Shown here piece by piece: positions 53,719 to 64,000 of a DNA stretch of 64,000 nt. The notes beneath the pieces are model-generated. The model did no database searches, was not told where the DNA came from, and was given only the letters and a program-made list of their open reading frames with translations. The position numbers were made by a program, and so were the translations under genes. This DNA comes from Octopus bimaculoides (taxonomy: Eukaryota). The stretch lies in NCBI RefSeq assembly GCF_001194135.2, contig NC_068983.1, positions 80,057,392-80,121,391 of the forward strand. The letters run 5' to 3'. Each line of letters starts with the position of its first letter. The first letter of the stretch is position 1.

Positions 53719-55025
53719 CAATTGATGATGACAGTTACAAGAGATTGAGACAAAGAGAAGAGTATTGACCTCAGCATTTTATTTATTCACTGCTCCTACC
53801 CCCTCAAAAAAAAAAAAAAAAATTTAAAGGTAAGGTTAACCCGAGGGAATTTAAATCAGAATCATATAGTTCATGTTCAAAATAAAACAGAAGCAAGGAT
53901 AGACCCTCTATGTCAGTGCTGAAACTGTTGGTGATAGCAGCCAAATTTCCCTCTTATGCACCATACCATCTTACATAAAAGGAAGTTACAGGATAAGCTG
54001 TACCTGAAAAATAAAGACATAGAAGATATAGAATATAATGTTTATGGTCACAGGTTTGCTTGATAGGGCCAATCAGGGGTCTTTTCAATACAAAACCTTA
54101 TCTGATCATGTTGTATAATCATTATCAAGCATTAGAAAGAGAACTAAAAGGGAATTTACTTCTATTTAAGTGATTAATGGTCAAATTGTTATTTAACCCC
54201 AGGTCAACTCTAATCAGGCAAACTTTTGATCAAAGGCACTCCAATCATTACCAGCATATCTTTTATAGGTTTATTAAACTAATTAGATAAGATTTAAGGG
54301 AGATTTGGTTACTATTTCTTGCATGTCTTTGAACCAAGCTGGAGGTCACTCTTTAGTTCATTCAAATGTATTCTGCTCATATGCTACTGAGTTATCACTA
54401 ATAGTTATGTGTATAAATGTGTATGTAAGTAAATACATTAATGCAAATAGAAGTATAAATACAAATATGCTTTTATACACACATACATTATGCATACTTG
54501 CACATATCTATATAGAGGGAGAAAGCTTTTCTATTAAATATATAATTGCTTTTTGTGATGTACTTTACGTATAGAGTAGTTGTGCTTAACGATAATGTTC
54601 GTTCACTTGAGTGTGTGCCTCTGTGTGTGTGTGTGTGTGTAATTGAGTATCACATATTGTATATATTATTAACTTAAACAATTAAATAACATCTAAATAT
54701 ATTTTACTTTTGCTTAAATTGATATTATATTGCTTAAATATTGTTTTCTGGCAGTAAAATATTCAATTTAAAATTACCAACTGCTATTCAAATAACAGCA
54801 ATTAAATTTAGTCTAAGTGAAAAATTTGCAGAAATATGCTTCAGTTGGAGGAAATGGATTTTTTTTCAAAAGTAATTATAAAAGGTATTCAAATATTTGG
54901 TTGATTTAAGGAGCTAAGCCATTAAACTAAAACTAAATGCTGAAGCTTAATCCAGGATCCAGCAACCTCATTGGGCTAGTATGGAAATGATATGTCTGGC
55001 AACTCCAGAGAAATTAATTCTGTAA

Positions 55026-55241
55026 TCCTTTCGATACCAACCCGGCTGAAACTGCCTCTGGCTCTGTAGTACAAATGTCTTGTTTTCATAAGTTTTGAAT
55101 TAAAATCTTCCACCAAACCTTAGTCACAATTTATGTTCCTAACACTAGCTTAATGATAACTTATTTTACTAAATTATCTGTTGTATTTAAAATTAATTAA
55201 AAGAAACACAGCATCTCAAAATAAATACAGTAACGAATGGG
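55026..55241. mobile_element. piggyBac-type MITE (family B), 216 bp
   Basis: GTAA|TCCTTTCGATAC at the left end and GTAACGAATGGG|TTAA at the right. Confidence 0.75.
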
Positions 55242-55462
55242 TTAATATATTTGTCAGTTTTTTGAGGATATACATAACCTCCATAAGGGAAGATAAAATT
55301 ATAAAGCAGTTCTATATTTCATAGCCTTTATCCAGAAGTGCATCTATCCAACCTTGACAAATCCTTACAATCAGAACTTCTTAAAGCAAGCGTAAAAGCA
55401 CTGAAAACATATGTCATGCAAATTGATAAAGGGCTTCTAAATTTATAACTACTGATATTTGT

Positions 55463-55486
55463 TTATTATTATTATCATCATCATCA

Positions 55487-55520
<34 letters not shown>

Positions 55521-55558
55521 CATTATTATAATTTATCATTGTTGTTATTATTATTATT
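55463..55558. repeat. (ATT)n/(ATC)n microsatellite
   Basis: Direct reading. Confidence 0.95.
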
Positions 55559-55988
55559 AGCTTGAAAAGGATTCCTTCTGTGTTGAATATTTCCTCTGTT
55601 TCTAAAGTTCAACCATTGTAGTATTATTTTCAGAAAAGACTTATCTCACATCTGTGTCAACTTCTTTTTTTATCTAGTTTGGCATACATGTAAAAAAAAG
55701 ATATCTAATTTATTTATTTCACTTTTATACAAATAACACATATAAACTTGTATATAAAATTTCAAAATGATAAGTGACAAGTTGAGAATTTATGCTGTGA
55801 TAATCAGATACTTTCGTTTATAGATAAAAAGAATATCATTTTTTGTAAGGCAATTAAATCACTGATGTACTAAGGTTACATATGTAGTATGAGCAACTTA
55901 TATTGCTCACTTGTCTTGTAAATAAGCCACATTTTATATTTTATTTCTGCTTATAAGTAATCAGCCTTATAAAGATGTGATAACTTAC

Positions 55989-56029
55989 TTTCTCTTAGGC
56001 ATGAGAGAATATATCTCTGGTATAAGGCA
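55989..56029 (-). CDS. Candidate exon, 41 nt: ALYQRYILSCLRE if phase 2 to 1
   Basis: tagttatttcAG acceptor and GTAAGT donor; two frames are open. Confidence 0.3.
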
Positions 56030-56305
56030 CTGAAATAACTATACGTACACAAAGATTCTGCTTAATTGTACTTTTCCATGTGATCCACATATAAAAGTAG
56101 TGCAGTTTAAGATGCTTTATTATTAAAAGTATAAAACAAACACAAAGAGCTTTTATCAAAAATAAAACAAAGAAATTATCAGCAAACTCTCATGTTACTG
56201 CTTTCTCATTTATTATTTTTCTCTGCGGACATCTGTTTTATATTTGGAAATGTACTTGAAGAAAGTATTTTACAGTTGGATATTATCCCTTATAATAAAT
56301 TATTA

Positions 56306-57624
56306 TTGGATTTATACCAATTTTCCAGTTAGACTAGCAGTTCTAATAAAGCAAATAATACATCTTAGTCAAGAGCATGTTTTAATATTGCAATATGCTC
56401 TAAAATCATGACACTAACCTCTTAGCTTTTAACATTGAGTATCTAACAGCCATTTCTTTTTAATTAAAGATTTCTTCGCATTGTTGTGGAGTTCCAGAAC
56501 ACATTTGTCATTTAAAGCAATGTCAAACTAGAATATCTTTATTGACATGATCTTTTCTAGTAAGCAAGGAAGAGAACTGTCAGTGGGCTCTTCAACTATT
56601 AGTTGACCACAATGTCTTTAGGGTTTCTATTATAATTACATTCCCCTCTAGTATATTAAACTGACCTCATTACTTCAATGACACTTTACTTTATCAATCC
56701 TCAAATGATGAAAAGTAAAGTTGACCTCAACAAGATTTGAACTCAGAGAGAGCTGAATATTGCAAGCATTTTGACTGACATGCTGATGAATCTGTCTATC
56801 TGCTACACACTGCTATTTGATCTCAGAATAATAAGGTCAATAACTTGATACAAAAATGCATTTAGGCCATCTAGCTAACAAGATAGATAAAATTAGAAAT
56901 AGTAATATTTTTTTAAATAAGTTTACTGGTTAAATTTGTTTAAGATTGCAGAACATACCCTTATACATTTTTCTGCATGTCAGTACTTATTTTTTTTAGA
57001 TATTTCTGATTTGTGCATGTTAGAAAGTTGTTTACAAGCCTAGCATTGAATGAACATCTTCAGTTTATAGCTAGTTTGGGAAAAATCCAATATTAACTTT
57101 GATATTGACCTTAAAGTATTAGTATTCTTTTCCATTGCTCCAAGTAATAGATAACACAAAGATTTCTCATTAAATATTTATGTGGAATAAAAAGATATTC
57201 TTTTGAAGATAAAATTAGAAATTTACATAATCACATAAAAAAATATGATAAATCCAAACTGAAATAGACAAAAGCGATGCACTACACTTGCTTGTTAAAT
57301 GATAGGCACAGTCTGCATTTCCTTTCTTGTTGATGACAAGCACAATATGATTTGCCCTTGACATCAATAAAGCTTTCAAATGAATTTAGCAATAGAACCT
57401 TGGAGCTAAGTTACTCGCCAATAAACTCTTGCTCATCTCTGGTTGTTGGATTTATACCAATTTTTCAGTTAGACAAGTAGTTCTTTTAAAACAAATATTA
57501 TGCTTCAGCCAAGAGCATATTCTAATATTATAGCATAGTTTAAATCTATGACAAATACTTCTTGGCTTGGACACTGAATATCTGACAGTTATTTCTATTT
57601 AATTAAAGAGCTCTTCACATTGTT
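56306..57624 (+). repeat. Diverged ~180 bp direct repeat (56306-56485 and 57446-57624)
   Basis: Shared anchors TTGGATTTATACCAATTTT.CAGTTAGAC, CAAGAGCAT and TTAATTAAAGA; offset about 1140 bp. Confidence 0.8.
56685..56810 (-). mobile_element. SINE 5' fragment, possibly with a Nin/Deu-like motif
   Basis: ATGAAAAGTAAAGTTGACCTC...ATTTGAACTCAG on the plus strand; domain assignment is from memory. Confidence 0.4.
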
Positions 57625-57899
57625 AAAGAATTGGATCAGATATTTTTCCTATCAGAACACTCTACTCAGTGTGTGATAACTGAAATCTCTCAGATATATA
57701 CTTTGTTGAATGTATTATATTCCAGAATTAATTTATGTCTTTAACAGTCTTATTATTACTGTTACTTTTAACCATATGCAACACTATGCAGATAATAACA
57801 CCCTTTAATTCTCTATAAACTCTCACACATAAATTGTTGTAGCATGTTGGTGAATGAGTCTATCATTTTGTAGATGTCTTGAGCTAAACTTGCACTGAT

Positions 57900-58560
57900 T
57901 CTTTGAATGAAAACTTTGAAAATACTCAGATGACAACCTTATCTTCTACAGCACAATGTCATACCTGTTACATATATATCAAGAAAGCATACAGGTAAAG
58001 CCCACAAAGTCACTTCAAATGCTAGAGCTCACATTCTTCAATGATTTCTCATGGCAACTGTATTTATAATATTACCAAAAAACAAACCTTTATCCTTCAA
58101 ACTGAGCTTCCTCTTTAAGCTCGGAAGAACTTCAGCCCTTATCAGTTGCTGACCTGCTATTAAGCTAATTTACACTGTAGATTTGAGTATTGTTCATATA
58201 TCTGAATTTGTATTATTGTTATGAACACAAACATTCTAAACTACACCCAGAAAATAGATATCAAACTGATTGGTAGACTCATTTACAAACGTGCTACAAC
58301 TTAGCTGACAAATGCACTGTTTCTTCTTTCTGCCTCTCTTAATACTACTACAACAGCAAATTGAATTCCATCTCTACTCATTCCATTCAATGTATCTGTC
58401 TCTCCTTGTCTCATCATGCCTAAATTATTTCACTTCTCCACACACCTTTCATCAAATAAAATCTTTGCTCAATATTCTTTCATTTGAAAATTTATTCCTG
58501 CAGACATCTACACGCATAAGTTTATCATGAACACTATTAGCATCAACCTCATCAGTCCAA
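57900..58560 (+). mobile_element. Degenerate CR1/L2-like LINE ORF2 remnant
   Basis: FFNDFSW and NALFLLSAS fragments resemble CR1 FxDFPW and KANLF motifs. Confidence 0.3.
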
Positions 58561-60414
58561 AATTGCTTCATTTTAACTCTTCATGAAAATGCATTTAAAT
58601 ATAAACTATCAGATATGTTGTGGATAATGTATCTGGTATTTAGGCTATCAGTTTTGCTGCCAATACAAGCTGACAGCTGGAGTATTTTATAAATAAAAAA
58701 AGAAAGTCAAAATAATCATTACCTGAAAGGTTCAACTGGGAACTGAGAAATACAAAGCTAATGAAAGTTCTTCAAACAATAACATATCAATGGGAAAGAA
58801 CATAACTGCATTCATGTTGATAAAACTTCAAACACAGTACATTAGGTTTTTAAAGTTAAAGTTTCTTACTCTAGAAAAATCATCAATAATGTGGATATTT
58901 CCTTTACATATATTCATACAGTTAGATGTACAGTTTAAATGAGTGGCCTGAAGCTTATTTGCAATTATGAGTATTTCATTTACGTTGGTATAGTAGATAT
59001 TAAAGAAAAGCTTTTGTTTTCTGACCAGTCCCCTTTTAGAAAATTGTTTTTGTGGTAGTATTTGATGAATTGAGCAAATAGTAATTAGAAAGACAAGATG
59101 ATTGAGTGGATAAGGTATTAGTCATAAGTTTAATGTATTTCTGGACAGGGCATCTCATTCTACATTATTTCATTTCATGTAACTAACAGTTAGTAACAGG
59201 TACCAAATTATCTGATAGTGTTATTTATGAAAGGTTTGTGTCCTATTTGCAACATTATCTCTCATCTGCTTCACACTACAGTACTCAAACTAACATCAGC
59301 TCTTAAGGAATCCCCACTAAGCCTGGAAGGCATATTCTTTTCTTACCCGTTTTTTCAAAAATTGTTATTGACCTTTTTGTTTGTGTTAAATGTACCTTGC
59401 CTGGAGACTCTTGTGTTTATATTTCTCATGTTTAAGTATATACTTATCTGTTATCTGTTATATCATCTCACCAACTTATAACAATCTTTTAAATTTATTA
59501 TATCATAATCCATGTAAAATTTTGTGGCCTTGTTGCAAGTAACAATTATGTTGTGTAATGAAAATACTGTCTACCAATTTCTCACAGTTATATATTCATC
59601 ATAGGTCTGCTCAAATTCACTTCAACCTATCCAGTACATTGCACATGCTGATTAGGACACTATTAAATAGATTACTTTTAAACAGTAATGACTAAAGAGA
59701 TTTCCTGCTTATTAATAAAACTATTAATTAAAATGCTCTCAGCCTCAAATCTAAACCAGTATCCCATTTCCCACCTTAGATCTTTGCCTTTTTTCTACTT
59801 ATTACTTTTAGCCTATATAGTTATTCTTTCATATCTAATCTTCCATTTTCAGCACAACCATATTATATCAATTTTTTTCTTTCTTTCTTGTAAACATCAT
59901 TGAAGGATCTTAATGTTCAGCTGTTTCCTCTTTTGTCTAAGTTTCTTAAATCTATTCTTGGTAACTACCATTTTTCAGTCTGTGAATGAAAAGTTTGCTT
60001 TAACAATTTAATATCTATCATCTTTCCTACATAATCTGCCCATTCCAGTTGGATGTTGGATGATGCTATGCACAATACTACCTAGATTGACACCTGATTG
60101 ACACCTAACATTGAATTATTTTGTCTTTCATATGTGATGTTTAAGTTGCTTTACACTTGGACATTTCTGGTATAACCATCCAAGCCTTTTAGATATTTAT
60201 TGTTCACAGTTCAGATTTCTGCAACATTAATGTCATTGTCCAAGAGTTTAAATTTTCAAACTTGTTTCTTATCATAATTTTCTAAAGAATCTCATTGACA
60301 GTAAGTTTCTACTTTTTCAGACTATTACTTTCATCTTCAGAGATGAAAAGTCCTTTAATACTTGCATCTGAGCTCCATTAAAATTAATTTAAGAAATAAA
60401 GGTTCATAGTTTAA

Positions 60415-60628
60415 CCCCATAGCACTAAGATTACTCTGTCAAATGTAATGCTTATTTATTCATGTTGTTTTGAATTAGTCATGCATTATGTCATAGCTTC
60501 AAATTTCAATGACATAACTGTTTATTTTTTAAATGACATTGTTGGGTAGGTATGAGAGGCTGAATTTATCCTGTTTGAACATAGGTAGAATATTTGGACT
60601 GGATATGATCAGTTTAAATTCTAAAGGG
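60415..60628. mobile_element. piggyBac-type MITE (family A), 214 bp, uninterrupted
   Basis: TTAA at 60411-60414 and 60629-60632; reverse-colinear with 1135-1761 minus its SINE. Confidence 0.85.
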
Positions 60629-61489
60629 TTAAATACAGTTTCAAATTATGTATCTGGTAACGATTAGAATGTAAACTAATCAAAATGTAATGTAAATGTA
60701 AATATTGAAATAATGTTCCATTTCTAAGACTGAGGTTACTGGTTTGAAAAAAAAATCCTATTAACTACAAACATAGCTCAGATATTTAGACTTTCCTTGA
60801 CAATGTTTGCTTACATCAAAATTCTTGCTTGTAAAGTAATTTGTTATATTTCCAAAGGTATTGATGTTAATTTCATTATTAAATCTCACGTATTTGAATG
60901 ATATGTAATGACTACATCTGCACTTTAGTTTTGATTGCATTTCATTCCAGGTTCAATTTTACATTAGCTTCTGTAATCACCAATAGTTATAAATTTGCTG
61001 AAGAGATGCAAATGCAGTAGCATAGTTGATATATTTGTTACTTTAAGTTATTGTGTGTGTGGAAAGAGAGAGGTTGGAGAGAGAGAACCATTATGCAGTC
61101 TTTCAACCTTTGTATCCTGTCAAACCAACCCAAGCTAGCATGGAATAAGAATGGTAAATGATGATGATATGTATATGTTCATACACATACACACATGAGA
61201 GCTGGAAGCATGGGTAATAGTAGCTTCAGTGACTATGGCATGGGTGGTAGACAGGTGATAAAAGAGAGCATGATAAGAAGGGTGAGTGACTGATGTTTTA
61301 GAGGCATGAGTGGCTATCAATGAGGTCAGTGACATACATATATATGCCTTTTTACATACATATATATGCCTTTTTACATATTCACACTTACTTAAAGGCT
61401 TACACTATGTGTACATATAAACATATACATAAATATGCATACATATATACAAATATAAACATCTTTTCACCATGCCTAGATTTGTGAGC

Positions 61490-61944
61490 AGTTTTATGGA
61501 ATGGCAGTTTTATGGAATGGCTGCAATCTCTCTACAGATGCTTTGTTTTAGTTCTGCTACTGTCAGGAGGTGGGGCCTCTTGTGTATACCCTGTTACAAT
61601 TGTTGTACCTTGTATGGATACAAGTGTAGATCATGTTTTAAAATCCTTCTGACAATAGTTTGCAAAATATTCAGCTGTTGAGCCAATCAATATGTGGACT
61701 TCGAGAGACTTTGTTCAATAGTGTTCCTCACACTTTGGCAGTTCTCTGCACTGTGAAACTTTCAAGGTCAACTTGGGGAATTTTTCTTTTTGTGGTATTG
61801 CCGGAGTCACGGAAGTTTGTAACAGCACACAGGATCACCTTTCCAAAATTCTGTTGAAATTTTCTTTAGGCTTCAAATGACAGATCTTTTGCTGGTGAAG
61901 TATGTTTCAACCACATATGCAATTTCTTTTGGAGTCCACGACAT
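61490..61944 (-). pseudogene. Internally deleted Tc1/mariner-superfamily transposase (DUF4817-like N-terminus)
   Basis: MSWTPKEIAYVVETYF...IVRRILKHDLHLYPYKVQQL fused to RVYTRGP...LTVAELKQSICREIAAIP; catalytic core missing; TIRs not clear. Confidence 0.75.
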
Positions 61945-62059
61945 TATGAGATTCACTAACACCAACTACCTGTAAAAAATAGTAAAATCTTAGATAATAT
62001 GTTGAGCTCCTGTATATCAGTATGTATATATATATATATATACACACACACACATGATG

Positions 62060-62610
62060 GACTTTCCCATCCGTTTCAATGTATGAGGCTCTGACAATGC
62101 ACTCTTTCTTTGTTAGTCATAATGCTTTTGCTGAATGTGACACTTAAGTTCCACCAACGATTTGCAAAGAAGGCCACTGATGTTGCAAGTATGAGGATTA
62201 CAGGTCAGTGCAGGTGGTATATTTGCAGCTGCTTTCTCCTTTGCCTTGCACCCCAAAGCCTGTTAATGCTGGCTGCGACAAAGTTTTCAATACCATTTTG
62301 ACACACCAATCTCCATTTTGTTTGTTCCACGGTTGTTCAGTCAAAGATGTTGTGAGCTGTCTTCATCTCTAAGAGGTTACTCATCAGCTTGTCCTTATAT
62401 CTGAGCCATGGTCGACCAACATTCCCATGCTCACACTCAAGCTGGCTGTACATGAGGATTTTGGGTATTCTTTTGTCACTCATTCTGACGACATAGCCAG
62501 CCCAGTGCAATTGTGATTATATAAGCAAGCTCTCAATTCCACCAATCTTACACTTGCTAAACAAGTTACAAGAATGTTGTTGACAGTGACTTCAAAGTTT
62601 CAGCCAGCTA
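62060..62610 (-). mobile_element. RTE-clade LINE 3' coding remnant (second lineage, zinc-finger-like end)
   Basis: SQLHWAGYVVRMSDKRIPKILMYSQLECEHGNVGRPWLRYKDKL (RTE WAGHVxRM / GRP motifs), then a degenerate Cys/His segment. Confidence 0.88.
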
Positions 62611-62890
62611 AATTTGTACCCTACAAAAGTATAGATTAGTGTAAAAGTAACTGAACATAAAAACAAACATTAATATATTATTTACTTTATATCACAATTG
62701 GTGAATAAGTGTCATCTTTTTATGCATTCAATGGGCCACTCGCTGTTTCACTGCATTTCTAATGGCAAATGTGAATAGTAAGTGCCTGTAATTTGGTACA
62801 GAGCAAAACTTACAAAGGACTTAGGTTAGAATACAAATTTGTATAAAAGAAAAGCTATTCTCCCTCTCTCTCTCCCCCCCTCTCTCTCTC

Positions 62891-62933
<43 letters not shown>

Positions 62934-62936
<3 letters not shown>

Positions 62937-63701
62937 TGGCAACTCTGTCACTTGGGCTGTTTGGGCTTAGCCCAAATATAAATTTAGTAAAGGGAACCTG
63001 TGTTTCAAGTTGATTTAATTTCTGCCAACACTGACTTCAAGTATGTAATTTCAGCAAATAACTTGGGCTCCTTTTATTGAGCCTGGTCATAATTTATTTA
63101 TTTTTGTTCAGTGTCTGGCAGTAGTCTTGGAGGTGTTCTGTGTCAAAAAATATCATTCATAGCAGACATTCTTTCAACACGGTTCACAAGTGTCTGACTC
63201 AAACTCAGAAGTTACAGCCTGAGTTGTTATATATAATTGTAAAAATTAAAAGTTATGCAAATTCAATGTTTTCTTGAAACAATAAATTTCTAGAGATTGG
63301 GATTTAAATTCTACACTATGAAAAGTTTCCATTCTACAATATTCTTAAAGGAATGAAAAATTATCCAGCAACTCAGACTAACACAGATGAGCCTGGTAGG
63401 TGTAAAAGACTAACTTGCATCTCTTGTTGAAAGCACAGGCAACAGTCAGATCACTGATGTTTGTTGTGCACTCTGCCGTCATTATTTGATTACTTTTATT
63501 CTGCGCATCTGTGTGTAAAGATCAGTTGTGTTATGCAGGGTTGCTTTATTTTTACCCTTAACTTAGAAATGGAGAAAGACATAGTGCTAGATATAAAAAT
63601 AAGCCATTTTGGGCTAGAAATATTGTGGAAAAAGCAGGCATGTGTCTTATGTGAAATTTGTGATGAGCCTGAGTGACACTGATGACCTGGAGTTGCCTCT
63701 G
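62934..63701. mobile_element. Non-autonomous DNA transposon with CAG(T/A)GGCAACTC TIRs (hAT-like ends)
   Basis: Left CAGTGGCAACTCTGTCACTTGGGCT; right end reverse complement CAGAGGCAACTC..TGTCACTCAGGCT; both flanks are TA repeats. Confidence 0.6.
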
Positions 63702-63779
63702 TTATATATACATACATATATATATATTTGTGTGTGTACATGTATATGTGCACCCATCTGTATGTCTACAATTTACATT

Positions 63780-64000
63780 TGGACATAATTAAAAATCACA
63801 CAGCTATGAGCAGTGATGTTGCTGTCGTTTCCCCTGTAATCAGGTCACTTACTGGCATTGCACCTTTGAAGATGTGTGAAATATGATATCCCTTCCTTGA
63901 AAAACTGATAAGAGTTAATGACAGGAAGGGCATCCAGCTATAAAGTATTTGCCTTGATAATATATTCATCTGATTCCATTCTAGCATGTAAAAACAAATG
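63780..64000 (+). mobile_element. SINE/RTE-type tail fragment running off the window
   Basis: GACAGGAAGGGCATCCAGCTATAAA...CTAGCATG. Confidence 0.65.

Noticed and set aside
58720-58870. Minus-strand acceptor/donor pair
   Set aside because: There are stops in all frames; only an unsupported 20 nt micro-exon would remain.

Overview
AT-rich eukaryotic genomic DNA with two assembly gaps (3570-3914, 13781-13910) and abundant (TA)n/(CA)n/(GAT)n microsatellites. The repeat landscape (tRNA-headed SINEs, RTE tails ending in (GAT)n, mariners, TTAA-flanked MITEs) looks like an octopus/coleoid cephalopod genome; that is recognition from memory, not a database result. I found no prokaryotic genes, CRISPR array, rRNA or real tRNA. 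Most ORF-track entries are microsatellite or chance ORFs. Well-supported content is transposon debris: three Tc1/mariner relics with recognisable transposase motifs, two RTE LINE lineages, CR1/L2 and Penelope-like remnants, four ~215 bp piggyBac-type MITEs, other MITEs, and many SINEs that share or swap heads and tails. By hand I also found a phase-compatible chain of about 11 small minus-strand candidate exons (56029 down to 647). It could be part of a long-intron host gene with weak DH/PH-like motifs, but it is unconfirmed. I see no convincing new biological system. The best leads are that gene, a 68 bp near-perfect inverted repeat, and SINE module shuffling. SINE and LINE boundaries are approximate.
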